In this document: positions 25,986 through 39,500 of the stretch, piece after piece | How the letters are laid out: each line of letters opens with the position of its first letter | Numbering within the stretch: position 1 is the first letter of the stretch | NCBI GenBank assembly: GCA_047495785.1 | Contig: JBLDXI010000019.1 | Location: 3,162,001 to 3,226,000, forward strand | Direction of reading: 5' to 3' | DNA length: 64,000 nucleotides | Origin: Lepidodermella squamata | Taxonomy: Eukaryota; Animalia; Gastrotricha | Notes under the pieces: generated by a model | What the model saw: the letters and a program-made list of their open reading frames with translations, nothing else | Told to the model about the DNA's origin: nothing | The model's database searches: none | Program-made: the position numbers and the translations under genes

Positions 25986-26627
25986 ATGTACAACTATCCA
26001 GACCCTACACTGAAGCCGCAAATGCCATCCGAGCCTCCACCGCCGTACCAAAGCGCGAATCCGGCTAATCACAAGCCGTCGTATGACGACATACTCGAAA
26101 AACAGCTGAGGGAACATCAAGCGGCAGTTGACGCACCCAGACTAGCCTACGACCCTCGTATAGCTAATCCTGAACTGCGGCCTTATTTACCACCCTCAGC
26201 TCCAGATCAGCAATTAGTTCAAGGGGGTTACAATAACATCTACCCTCCAACTGGGGTTCCTAATCCTAATGTGATCTACGCCTATGGGTCGGGTGGAATG
26301 TACAACCCAGGTGGTGGGGTTGGCTTCGCTGGTCCCCAGAGTCCAGTCATGGGGCCGAATAACACTGCGACGATTCGATTAGGACCTGTAACCATCATAG
26401 CCCAGCAGCAGTACCCAGGTAATCAGCAGCAATACCCGCAAATGGGGTATGGAGGGCCTTCAAATGCGGCTCCTTTTGTGTATAACCCTCAGCAGGTCGG
26501 CGGCAATCAATGGCCGCAGCATGGAGTTGGCGTGCCTGGGGTTTTCACGCAATATGCCACACCGCCAGCAGATGTGAACAGCAGGCCTCCTGCTCCTGGC
26601 ATGCCGCCGGCTCCTCCCTACATCTGA
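25986..26627 (+). CDS. Proline/Gly/Tyr/Gln-rich low-complexity protein (213 aa) with a PPxY motif; function unknown
   Basis: Uninterrupted ORF containing EPPPPY. A pyrimidine tract and AG acceptor lie just before the ATG, and AATAAA at 26657 follows the stop. Confidence 0.7.
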   Translation: MYNYPDPTLKPQMPSEPPPPYQSANPANHKPSYDDILEKQLREHQAAVDAPRLAYDPRIANPELRPYLPPSAPDQQLVQGGYNNIYPPTGVPNPNVIYAYGSGGMYNPGGGVGFAGPQSPVMGPNNTATIRLGPVTIIAQQQYPGNQQQYPQMGYGGPSNAAPFVYNPQQVGGNQWPQHGVGVPGVFTQYATPPADVNSRPPAPGMPPAPPYI

Positions 26628-29276
26628 GCCAAGAAAAAACTTACTGCTTATCTCGCAATAAAAATGGATTTTATTTTTAATAAAATTGAGAGTATTGCAA
26701 CTGGAATCGTAAGGTCTCACCTCAAGTGTGTATCGATCGATTTTTCGCAGCCGTGATTACATCACTCGGTAATGAGGCCAAATTTCATTACTCGGCAACA
26801 ACACATGAGAGCGTTGTCCGTCGCCGCTGAGTGGTTTGCCACTTATGACCACTACAGTAGGAAATTGATTTAACAACACTCGTTATTTTTTACTTTTGCC
26901 TGCCTGTGAAATTGAAAGGTACCAATGCTCTACGGGAAAGAGCTGTGTAACTTCCCACTCTCGCGATGAATCAACTATCAACTATCATCCTACATGTGCA
27001 TTAGTGACCTATGCCTGCCACTTTATTTATAGTTTGAATCATCATGCCGCGGATCAAATTCAATCTAGATTGCATCTCCTGTTGGCAAGCCTCCCATACA
27101 TCTGACCTAATCAAATTCAGAAAAAGCTGATTGCATCGTGAATAGTTCGTTCTTGAATGGAAAAGTTGACATGGCTGACAATTCAGCCTTTTGCATGCAC
27201 TTTTAAGTAAGGTAGCAAACCGCCTTGACAACAACTGAAATTAGTAATGTCGCTGGGTAAATTTTCAGTAATGCTTACTCGACTAAACCAAACTCCGACA
27301 GCCCAAGGATAGGTCTAACATCTCCAAGTATCAACGGTTGATAGAGATCTTTTCCCAAATAGATCGATTATTTCCCGATTTTTCATAAGAGGCTTTCGTA
27401 CAATTTTTCGCAATTTGCTATGGTTAGGGTCGAGTCTGCAGTCTGAATCTACCAATATCAATATTTACTATAATGCATCAACCAATATCTCCTCACATCA
27501 ATATAGCGTCGTTGTATAAGTCGGATTCCAGATTATTCTTCTCATCATTGAGACGAGAGGTGGCAAGTTAATAGTGCTTTGTCTCCCATCTCCTTGAAAC
27601 TGAAATCGTTTGCTAAAATGGCTATACCCCATGTTACCAGATTTTGCGATTTATATTGTTTCTATCATGTAAAAAGGTCCGTGAAAGTTCTCTAAGTTGC
27701 CAATTTCGTATTTCCACTCCGTCTTAAAAGTAGTACCGTTTTGCCACTTTCAACTGTGGTCAAAAATCACATTTCATTAAGAACAAAAGTTGATCATCAA
27801 CCCCCGCATTCTATTTCATTAAGGCTAATTTTTAAAACACACCGACTGCATTATTTCTAAAATAATCCTAGTCAACAACATGTGAGCTCTCTCTCTCTCT
27901 TTCTCTCTTTATTGAAGATGTCGCCCGCCCAATACACTATGAATCATTGATCACAGGCATATCGAGTTGCTTAAGAAAGTATCAAATTTACACCTTAAGA
28001 ATGCGGTTATCATTGAATATAGCGTCTTCTAACTAGCCTACATGTGATCACGGCAACAAAGATTTACTGAGAAATGTCATAATTAGACGGCTGGAAATTA
28101 CAAATGCGTCACCTATCGTGAGCTGCGTCTTTGCTGCGTGAGCTGATATCTTTTAATATCATTGCAGTTTTTTTATTACCTGTCGAGAACACTTCAGTCA
28201 GGAATTTCGACCAATTTTATACTCAAAACACCTATATTCGCCAGCTCTTGAGATTGCAATAAAACTTGAAGATAGTCAAATATATCTCATTCCTAATGAC
28301 ATACGGACGGTTTTTTTATGAATGGCGGCAAAAAAGTAGCCCGTACACTGCGCGAAGCCGAATCTCTTAGATGCATCTTCAAATCCCATGGGCTCAGTCG
28401 CGAATATTGATTGGCGCGAAATTTAGCGCAATACAACAGCGCTCAATGACCGATCGTCTCATTCAGAGAAACAGTCGGATGATATATTTGCGTGGCGGTA
28501 AAACTTTGATTGCACCGTTGCGCCGTAACGAATTTCAAGCATACACACAGGAAAAAATAAATCCGATCGTTCTAAATCACTTAGATAGCAGGGGTTTAAT
28601 TATTGCAAACATGGATTACGGGCCCACGAATGGCTTCTAAAATTGATTTATCCTTACTTTTATAAACGATAAGCCCAGTCTCGACCCACTCTCGCAATAA
28701 AATCCTTGAATAAAGGAATAGCCCAAATACCTTAAACTGAGGCCTCAAATTTAGATGGTTTAGCTTTCCGACAATTTCTCGATTTAGGTCAACCGCATCG
28801 AACGTCGTGGCTTTCAATTTGGCTAAAGTGACATCACGCTGCAATGTCGACTCAACCCATCAAGATTATTGCTCACGTGAAGATATTGTCAACTTGCGTT
28901 AATTCGATCGTGCTTAATTGATGCTTGATCTAAGGACAGGATTTTCTTAGAATTATTCCGGCCCTTTGCCGATAAACCAAATCCAACCCCGACTGAATGC
29001 ATTTGTCTTCCTCGAATTTAAGCATTGGTCACTTTTGCTTACGGAATTGTCGCCTTTTGTAGTTATATTTAGCCGTAGTCTCATAAGAACTTGTCTCTGA
29101 TGAACTACAACCCCCTCGCATACGAGTTTTACGTTGGCAGTGTCAATTTACTGAAATCCAGCCTATTTGCACGTCTGTAATCCAAGTTCTGTTTTTGCAA
29201 CCCTAGAAATTAACGATTTTTACGACATCAAAGATCCTGCACATCGCAGGGTGGTTTTACTTTATATACAACATCA

Positions 29277-30063
29277 ATGATTAACAATCGGCCGATAGCC
29301 TGCGATTCCGAGCGGAGTTTCTTGTTAGCTGTTGTATTTTTCACCCTCCTGAACCTCGTTCAAGTAAGTCAACGAATCCAGCCTTGATCCGTGTTTGTAA
29401 TGCTTTCTCTAGTGTCGGGTGCTACCGTCAAACACGAATCAGAACTCTTCCGTTAGCCTGACATGGTCGTCCGTGCTGAGCCAACAACGGCAGCAGCAGA
29501 ATAAGCCGCCGCAACGATCGCATTCTTCCCAAGTAACCTCGCAAATGCCGGCAAGCTTGCCTTTAACTACAACGAAGCCGCCCAGCATCGAGCCAGCCGC
29601 TATCCGAAACAGCGCGACTTCAAGCCTCGTCGAGGCGGGCCGAGCGTGGTGTCGGCAGTTCCACGACAGCGAAACTTGCACAGCAAACGGCTGTTGCCTC
29701 GCCAACTACACCGTGTCTATGAAAACGATGCGCGGCAATCGGCAGGTTCGCGTTTCCGAGTGCGTCTCCAAGATCCCGGAAAATCACTTCTGCGTGAAAA
29801 CAACCTCGCCGATTCGCCAGGCGTTGGACATGCTCGTCAGCTCGTCGACGGGCCGGTCAGCGGCTAGTAAGGTACTGTCGTACCTGCAATGCCCATGCGC
29901 CACTGGGTTCGAGTGCATGGTCGATAGGTTTGAGACTTCGATTTCGATCTGCCGACGGCCCAACGCGCCGCCCGACCTTCTCGTGCCTGATGACGATAAT
30001 TTAGGCGACTCTGAGGACGATGTTGGCTACGACTTGGACGATGGCACTATTTCAAAGCTTTAA
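29277..30063 (+). CDS. Secreted prokineticin/astakine/Dickkopf-CRD2 (colipase-fold) protein, ~245 aa. Exons 29277-29363, 29413-30063
   Basis: Signal peptide (FLLAVVFFTLLNLVQC), a Ser/Thr/Gln-rich spacer, the 10-Cys pattern C..C..CC..C..C..CPC..G..C..C, then an acidic tail. Confidence 0.8.
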
Positions 30064-31362
30064 TTTGTATAGTCTCACTTTTTCACACCCTACACTGTAA
30101 TTCGGCGTCTATCTCTTTTTGAAACCGGTTATAAATTCAAACAATTTATCGCACTTCTCTTTGGTTATTATGTGTTGTTGTACTGCTCTCAGAGGAATTC
30201 TTCATCATTATATTATATTATATTATAGCCAGTTTGTCATCATCTCTAATGAACAAAAAACTGAAGGAATAATAAAACGAAATTTGACACTGACTTGTAC
30301 ATTTTTTCCAACACGCATGGCTAGTGAGGAAGTAATATTTTCTGCTGAAGCCCCCGCATGGCTTTTCCGTCGGCCTTGAAAGCTTCCTGATGTCAGCGAT
30401 GCTCGGGTTGATAAACATCTCATGCCTCTCCGAGAAATGCCTTTTTTAATGCGAGTAGTTCTTCAAGAGTCCCATTCTCGATTTATTTTCCATGTTGTTT
30501 CGCAATTTTTTTAAACGCTGAATGCTGAAATCATAATTTGTTGGTTTTTTTATTAGCTCTACCGTCGAGTTTTATTTGCCCAGTGGAGTGAGCTACACAA
30601 CGTAGGCTAATGAAATCAAATTTATTTGCGTAAAGTAGGTGTATTCTGCGTTCGTAGCCATTTCAATGCCCCCTTAGGAAATCACGGCTAAATTGAGCGC
30701 GGCTGTGCCCAGCGAGAAAAAAAATTACCCGCTTTTGGCCCAGCCCGCGCGCTTTATTACATTTCGTTCTCCTCTCGCTCGCATATATAGAATTGCTTTA
30801 ATATAATATTCGTTTCATTATTTTTTCCACTCGAAAGACGCAATTTCCTTGGGAAATGCGTCCATCTGTTCGGTTATTTATCGCCACTCGCCACGCCTCC
30901 TCATATTCTTGCAATTTCCAAAAATATATGATTTTTTTATTTAAATACGAAAATGAAATGACGAAAATTAATTTTCGTGACCAAAAAAAAACATGAAAAG
31001 GGACGGCGCATTTAATTTGGCGTAAGTAACAAGGTCACCTGCGACTGAAAAATCAATCAATGATAATCACGAATTAATTAAAGCCATGGCAAGTCATGTG
31101 TACGGTTTTTCCATTCAAGAGATTAAAATTGAGATTGGAATTTCGCAGAGATGGATTAATGATTAGAAAGCCGCGCAGCATGAAGCCAAACGCATTCGAT
31201 AATTGTCTGTCATTTTCTTCAAACAGTACAAATACATATGCATTACCTCGCTGTTACGCCTCTAATGGCTTAATTTTGTTAATTATGATGTGAGATAAAA
31301 CCGGTGTTCGATTTGGATGGATTTTAGATTTTTAAAGCTTTCATCAAGACTTTTTGGGGAAA

Positions 31363-32002
31363 ATGCAGCGAAGCATCTTGAATCTTTTCCTGGCGCTAGT
31401 TTGCATTGCGGCGATAACCGTTGAAGCCAGACCAGGTAAAAATCAATAAAATTGAAATTTATATAATTAACTAATTGCAAGCCAATTTTCGAAAAATGAA
31501 ATTTCAGGAATTCCTACTCACACTTTAATTTTCTAATTTTTTCTATTTCATTACTTAATTTCAAATTTCAAAATTTTATGTTTGAAATTTTAAAATTAAT
31601 CAAATTTCGTTTATTGCATTTTGTCGGGATTTTTCTATAATTTTTCATGCAAATGTTTTTAATATTGCAGCCAAGCGTTCAGCTGATGATATTTCGAGCC
31701 TCGATGATTTTATTCGCAATTCACTTTTGAGTTACGTCAACGGCGATGACTCAGCATCGACCACTCAAACAGCAATCGCCGGCGGCGAAGAAGAACCCGC
31801 CGAGGAATCCGGCAGCCGCTACGTCTGCTCTCTGGTCAACTGCGTTATCCCCTACGAATCATGCTTAGCCAGCGCCCTTGGCCGGCCAAGCGATGATCAG
31901 CCGGCGCCTAGAGACGAGCATGAATCAGCCCTGCGCCGCGCCCGCGCCAGCATGTGCTACAACGAGATGCAACTGTGCTCGGCCAAGTGTGACGATGAGT
32001 GA
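31363..32002 (+). CDS. Secreted 6-Cys prepropeptide 1 (134 aa). Exons 31363-31435, 31671-32002
   Basis: Signal peptide MQRSILNLFLALVCIAAITVEA, a KR site, an acidic pro-region, then CSLVNCVIPYESCL...CYNEMQLCSAKC. Phase-1 GT-AG intron in frame. Confidence 0.8.
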
Positions 32003-34047
32003 AAAAAGCAAAGAAATCGGAGCGGAAAATCAGCCAAGCGGGGAAAAGTCGAAAGGAGATGCATTCCGATTTTTGAATTCGGAAATATTAAATTATTTCA
32101 ATTTTCCATGTTGTGAAGCTATCCCCTATATGATCGGTGATTATCGACGCGTGAAACTCCGAATTTACGGCACTGTAATAAATATTCAGGTCACACACCG
32201 CGTTGAGTTTAATTACTCATAATCTGTCTCTATCAAGGTCACATTTTTTAGGCAACAATATGTTGAAGTGGTCGGATTTTTTCTCAGAAATTTCCGAAAA
32301 ATGCTGGGTCACAATCAGCCTGATTAGTTCAAGGTACGCTCAACTCTTAAAAAAGATGAAATGACAGATGAGCAAGACTATAAAATTGATTAATCGACTT
32401 GGAAAAGCACTGTATCTAATTCGGCAAATGCCTATCAGGAACAAAACTTCCGATGAAAATTCCTCGGTGGCGCTTCTATCATTTCCGCATTTTTTTGTGA
32501 ATTCCTAACTTTTCCTATTTTTCAATATAAATCACTTAGCTCGAGTCTTGCTTTTGCAGTTCAAGTTTCTGATTTCCTAGCTAAGGATGTTAGAATTTCT
32601 CGAAATTTTTTCATTTTATAAATTGGAAAAACTAAGTATGGCCACTTGGAAAAAATTTATTTTTCACAAAACAATGCTGAAGAACAACCCACCATTCTCC
32701 GTTTTCACTTAACTAGTCACATGATAAAATTATCTCATGAATAATTCGGTCAACCTAAAAATAGCCATCGACTAAATGAGCACCCACGCCCACAACCACT
32801 GTAAATATTATTGAATGACCAAACCCAATAATCCCACAAGAATTATCCAAAATGTTGATCCCTCTAGAGGGCTGAAAGCTGAATGTAGTTATTTCACGCC
32901 TGGTCTAACTTGAAAGCTTATTATTGGGGGAAAAATGGCGTCAAAAGTGAGACGCGTCTCGATTTCTTCCTCGATTACGGCGCTTTCCTGTCGTTAAAGA
33001 AATAAAATTATACTCTCGAAAGTTTTCATTTCCGATATAAAAACCTGTCGACGTATGGTAAATACGTGACCTTTCAATAGCGGAAATAGCCGATCAACTT
33101 ATCGCTGCTATATGCCGACATTGGTCAGCAAAAATGGGAATAAAGCACTTGAAACATTTTCTAGCAAATTGAATTTCATTAAATTACACGCTGCGGGAAG
33201 GGAAAATTCTCAGTGACGCAGTATTGACTGGTCCAATTTTATACAAAGACGGGTCAAGTTGTATTGTTCGGGAATAAATTCAATAATTTTTCTCGTCTCG
33301 CTCAATAAAATCCACCATTGGCTATTCCCCAAACTGATTTTGCTAATTTTGTTTAAAAAACAAAAAATGTTCGTTTCTACTACGCACCCACGGCGGGGAC
33401 AACTCTTGCGTCTTTAATTTACGTTTAAATTTTTCACTTAATGTCCATTTTTTTTACAAATTCCTGTTATACTATCCGACTTTAATCTGATATATTGCTT
33501 TATTTCTAGCATATATTTTGAACGTTTCCAGCTGATGAGACGCGAGCCAGCGTTGAATTCTTGTTGCGGAAGAATTTATGAATGGATTGCTTCCGAGTGC
33601 AAGCAATCATTCACATTTTTACGTGGCGATTGTTTACAATAAAATGCCAACACAATCGCAAATTATACCGGACAGCTATCAACAAAACGTCGAAAATTCT
33701 CTCCCTCTCGGCGTCGGAATTCGCGCACTAAATAATCGCTTATTAATCATGCAAAAAATGTGGGCGCAGATACGATTTTTTATTTCGACTAATAATAGCG
33801 CGCATTCTTTAAGCGCGTGGCGCGCAATTTGTTTCCCGTCGTAAAAAAATCGAATATCTGGTACCAGGTATCGGAAATCGTCAGTCACGCCTTCTTGCTG
33901 CGTAGTGGCGAGGCTACTGCTTTTTTAATTGCTTGAAAAAAATTATTATTCATGTTTATTTAAAAGAGACCGTATTAAACAAATTAAGTGCAAAAAACTT
34001 TTTTAGACTATTTAAAACGGCATTTTTTATTCGGCGACCCGTGAAGA

Positions 34048-35240
34048 ATGGGGCTGTTAAGGATTATGGACAGTAAAACGCTGACAACACAACGAAACCG
34101 GCCTGTTGTAATTGCCATCCTACTCGTTGCCATGGTGACGGTGCATCAGAGTGCGTCAGCGCTGCCTGTTAGGCGATCTCGGCTTTCACCCAACCGTAAC
34201 GTTGTAGCTAATCAAATGTCAAGAGCTTCATCAACTGTTAATGTTAGCCAAACTCGAGGAACAGGTGAGCACAATTGCTATCACATATTATATTATTTTC
34301 GAAATTAATACTTCAAGGAAAATTAGTAAAAAATGGGAAAATCGAGAAAATTCCAAGAGAAAAATTAAAATATTTATAAAAAAAATCAAGTAAATTATAT
34401 AATATAAATTAATAAAAATAGCTAAAAATTGGAATAATGCGCCAGCTAAATCGGGGCGGAGTAGAATTTTTCAAATTTTTTCAAATTTTTTTCTTATTAC
34501 TTCAGATGGGATGAACTTTTTTCAAGTTGAACCTGATTAATGAGTTTTTAAACAATTTTAAAAAAATTCCTTATTTCGGAAAAATTTCAGCTTCTATTCC
34601 TTTACTCCTTGGAAAAATCTAGAGACATAGCTAATTCTAAAATTTTAAAATGTGATTGGAAAATTCCCTAAAATTAGGTCCCTGAAATCTACTCGAAAGT
34701 CGAGCTCATTCGATGATACAATGCAGAACCCAAAACCTGCCGCAACCTCACAAACCGGATGCAAGAACTGTACTACAATCCCATCAAATTCAGTTGAACC
34801 CCCAAAAAGCTCCGAAAAATTGAAAAATTAGGGATCTAACAAGTTCTAGTCGCGTGTGAACTTCAATTGTTGAAATTTAAATTTTTTCAAATTTTCAAAA
34901 CCTTACGAATAATTGCGGGAATTTTTTTAATTATTGAGACTCAAGTCTCTCGATATTCAATTTTTTCTCAAATTAAAATTTATTTTCAATTTGAATTTTT
35001 TTTTGTAATTTTTCAGAAGTCGCGATGTGCTTCCTATCTTCGTGCGTGATCAACTACGAAAGTTGCCTGAACATTGGCGAGGCGGTGTCCGAGTGCTACG
35101 CGGAGATGCGGCGGTGCTCGCGATCGTGCCGCGTCGACCCCAACGTCGCGTGGGCGTGGAACGTCAAGCGCAACCGCCGGGACCAGCAGCAACAACGGCC
35201 GTTCGCTTTCTTCGAGTCGTCCTTTTCCAGCGCCAAATGA
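34048..35240 (+). CDS. Secreted 6-Cys prepropeptide 2, paralogue of peptide 1. Exons 34048-34264, 35017-35240
   Basis: Hydrophobic signal VVIAILLVAMVTVHQSASA, RRSR site, CFLSSCVINYESCLNIGEAVSECYAEMRRCSRSC, then KRNRR. Phase-1 intron in frame. Start could instead be the Met at 34066. Confidence 0.78.
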
Positions 35241-36380
35241 CTCGCGCGTCTTCTGTCATAACGAGCGTTATCATCATCGTCATCTTGCCTAGATCTCTCC
35301 TCGATTTCTATTCTATATCATGAGAAAGAGCCAGAAAAATTCCTTCTCTTGTATACACTGATTTTTCTTTTTAGTCGAAAAAGCCTCTACCCTTCGAGAG
35401 AGTGAGAGCTCGCTTTTTCTAATCTTCGTGTTTGTGATGATTTTTTCTCAGCTTCGTCTCAACGAAATTTTATTTCAAATATATTTAATATCATTTTCAC
35501 TCTTCTAGCAAATATCTATAGCCCGACTCGTCAAGTTCTGTTTGTAAAAAAAATTGAAAAGCATTAAAGAATCAAGGGCGTTAAAGTTTGACTTTTTCAG
35601 AAAAAATCGAGCCAGAAATAGGGCATAATAAATAAGAAGAGTCCGGCTTGAAATATTGAAAAATTGAAATTTCCCTGAACACGTACTTAATGTCGGAGGA
35701 AATCAATAATAAGTTTCCTGCATCGACTAATTTCATTATAATATATGGAAATGACTTCCGTTTCAGGAGGTTGTTGAAAGAAATCGGAAACACCGGAAGG
35801 CCGTGCTGCCCTAGAAAAGCGTCGACCTTCAATTATAGATAGCATCGATATACTATTTATTTTTAGATTGAGCTGAATAATCAGCTTTTGCTAGAAAAAA
35901 CCGACAGTTTGGAAAGTATGATCGAGTTAATTCGTTGCTTTTAACTCTGAAAGTATAACCCCTACACGACACTCCATTCTGCGTTACGATAGACCCTGGG
36001 ATGATGCAAAACTTGTCCTGAATTCTTAAAATTATCGCTCTTTAGAGACTCGATCGGGCAAAAAATGACAGTCTCAATTATTAGCAGTACGCCCGAGATT
36101 GAAAACAAATGAGTGACATAATTAAGGTAAGAGGGTAAATGAGATCGGTATGATTCAGACTAATTTTCCTGAGTTCTCAATTTTTATTACGTTTTATTAG
36201 CCGAGGAAATTTCAAAAGGTTAGAAATTGAGGGACATGAGTACTTATGAGTATTTTTATTATTTTTGAAGTGAGTAAATTCTCGATAATGCGATAAAAAA
36301 CACAAAACCCATGATATAAATGATGCGAGCGACCTATTATTTATTAGCACAGTTGAAATCGCCTCATGATTTATATTTGT

Positions 36381-36522
36381 ATGATATAGTACGAGTATTT
36401 TATTTATATCTGAGATTCGTAGCACGAGATGCGGGCATGCTGGCGAGGCGGAGCCGAGTCGGCATGACCAAATCGAGTGCGGAGAATCCAGATATGAATG
36501 AATTACGAGTGCTATATCGTAA
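36381..36522. repeat. Imperfect palindromic MITE-like element
   Basis: Arms ATGATATAGTAC..ATATCTG..GCAC and GTGC..CAGATAT..GTGCTATATCGT surround a GCGGAGCCGAG core. Confidence 0.45.
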
Positions 36523-39500
36523 AATATTGCATGAGCATGGGTACTAACACTATATTTTTTGAGCGAATGCTATATTTTGGTAATAAATAGGCCTGGTCTT
36601 GAACGTGAAACATCCAGAATACAATTTCAAGGTACATCCAGCCGTATCCTTGGCGCATTTCTGTAAAATCTGAACCAGAATTATCGCAAAAAATATACTT
36701 TTATAATAGCAGAAAATGTTCCCCTCAAAACAGCGATTTCAACACCCTTGGACATAAAAATGTGAAAAACGGTGTCATTATTCAAGAAATCGCTGTCACA
36801 AGTTTCCCTCAAGACTTCACACTTTTCTTTACCTGAAAAAAACACATTTTTTCAATTGCTCTGAAATCATTATAAAATTCCGAAATTCAGCAGTGACTAT
36901 AAGCAATCATGATGTTCTTTGTCCAAAATCTCCTCTTTTCGCCAATTGATATGGCCCAGTTTAAAAGCGTATTTAAACGCAAAATCGGCTCATGGCTTCG
37001 TCTGACAAGTGTCAACAAACTGCTAAAAGCCACAGACGTAGTTGCAACTATCATGCAAGCCAAAAGTTCCGCTTACCTGAATTCGGACGAAAATTTGCTC
37101 AAAGAAGACACGCTATTTGAACTTGATGCAAGACTGCGAGACGCTTTTTGATGTGCGGGCAACGGGCCTAAAATTATTGTCACATTTAATGAGAATTGAT
37201 GTCACACGTAACCTTTTCCTGTACTAATTATAGTGCAGACTGCGTAGAAAAATCGGTCAAGGAGGACGAATGACGAGTTGGAAATGACTCGTGAGATTTA
37301 TTGACGAGACACAAGTGAATGAATGCTGACAACTGAAAAGTGGTATCAAGCTGAGTAATAGGTATTAGGAATCGAATTCTCCCGTTTGGATAAGCAAACA
37401 TTAAAATTGATTTCAGGTTTTCAAGAATAATGTCTAAAAATTATTTAGAATAAAAATTATTCATTTTATATTTATCATAAAAATTATTGTTATAATCGAT
37501 TAATTAATTGATAATTATTGTTTGAAAAATTAGTTTAAATTTTAAATAAATTTCAATAAATTTCAATAAATTTAATTTAAACAATCCCGTTATCACTCGT
37601 CACCCCGGTCTGACTATGATTTGAAACGACGAGTTGGCGAGCGAATAAAAGTGTGATTCAGACCCTTCAACTTAACCGAATCATATCCATCATCACATGT
37701 ATATTGGCAAGATAAACACCGCCTCGCACACAACGTAATGAGGTTAACATACCTGCTAATGATAGGCTGTTAAATCGAATATTAGACAAAAAGCTGGATT
37801 GATGTATGTGTGATTAAGCTTGTTCGTCATCATCATGTCTGAGTAATAACTGCCAGTTCGCTAAAATAAATCTATAGGTCGCAAGGACGTGTATATTGAG
37901 CTCCTTCTCACCACGAATTGTCTTTTTCTAAGGCGTTCCAACTACTAACCCGATCACCAAATCGAGTCCTACTAATTCCTTAATTAGAGCCTCGTGGTTT
38001 TGAAAATGTTTGCTAATTAGACGGCGGACAAAAATCTCAGTACTTCCATTTTTCTAAATTGTTGTTTAATTTATAGCCGACTGGATGAGTACGTGACGCT
38101 TCACCTACTTTTTCCTAAATAATTTCTTCTCGAATTTAAGCAACTCGCCAAATTTCTGCCTCGTTTCCTATCATCAGGGTCATCTCCTGCGGTCGTTCCA
38201 GTGATGTCTCAAGGCTCGAAATATTGAAACAAATGTATTACTGCTTGCTCGTCAATACTTATCGGATATTTTGCACTGGGCAGTTTGTTTGGAAAGGGTA
38301 TTAGCTTGCATTAAGATGATTTACAGACATGACGCGCTAGCCTTTGTTGGTTCAGGTGTCCCTATTTTCCGGTTTTCGCACCGGCCCAAGTGCTTGATTA
38401 GGTACTAGTGAGACCCCAACTTCGATGATGCCTTCAAATTTCAAAATAAGTTCGCGACTTCTTCTCGTTCCACCTTCATTTCATTCATCCGAAGAATTTC
38501 AACTTCCATTTGTCATCGAAATGAGTTCTCTTTTAATGCACAGGTTACTTGAACATCTTTTGGTCTCTAATTGAATTTGACTCGTTTTGAACAATTTGAG
38601 AACCATGCAACTCTTAGAAATTGAGTAACTCGTTTTTATGCTCATCACTTGACCATAAAATGTAGAACTCGCAATCAAATGAATCAGTCCGCTCAAAAGC
38701 AATTACATCGTGTCAGGTGTTAATTATGTTAGTTACGCAACGGTAGGCCGTAATTTCGTTGCCTTATGACTTGCTCGCTGCTGCCGAGATAGCTATTTAT
38801 GAAAGGGCGGGCTACAAATAATAAGACAACGTGCTGTTATTGCGAGCACACTCACGTGCAATAATCGGGCGCACGGCGAACCGTGACCTAGTGCGGACGC
38901 ATCGCACATCATCGCCGAGCTATAATCATAATTACTATCACGACGGTTCTCATTTTCTTGGTAACAAAAAATATTACTAATGAGAGATGATGATGACCCA
39001 GACACTGATGCATCTTCGTTTTCTTTCGTTTTATAGCTACAATTCCTTACTTCCAAACTGAAGCTCCGTTTTACTCCTGGGAAGTGGGGAAACAAGTCGT
39101 GGTAGTTTCAACCCAAAACTGATCAACCTTTCTGTTATTTGATAATCATGGCATAACTCCGACTCCTGTCAAGAGGTCGAAAGGTCGAATGCGTTACACT
39201 GCTCTGGCGATCAACCTTACACTCCCTTGATTCGCTCAGTTCATTTATTTTTCAGTTTTGAATTTGTATTTAGTATTGCGGATAATCTTGAGCCGGAATA
39301 ATATTACTTCGATAATTTGCTCACTTGTTCCCTCAAGCTAGAGCAACTTTAAAATTACTTCAATTCTCCGAAATTGTTTTGGATAGTTGAAATCTTCAAT
39401 CTTCAAATTTGTGTTGAATAATAGCAACATCCAGTGAATGTTTTTATAATTTTTTTCAAAAATGAGTAACTGCAGGAGTTAGAGAATTTTTTTAAATCTG

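Noticed and set aside
33525-33590. Hammerhead ribozyme-like CTGATGA-GACGC..GCGTT-GAA
   Set aside because: The core continues GAAT rather than GAAA, and stems I and III with a cleavage triplet cannot be formed convincingly.
31363-35240. Calling the 6-Cys peptides insulin-like
   Set aside because: They lack the A-chain CC motif and the B-chain CG motif.
36909-37151. 80-aa plus-strand ORF
   Set aside because: It has no signal peptide, motif or supporting exon structure, so it cannot be distinguished from chance.
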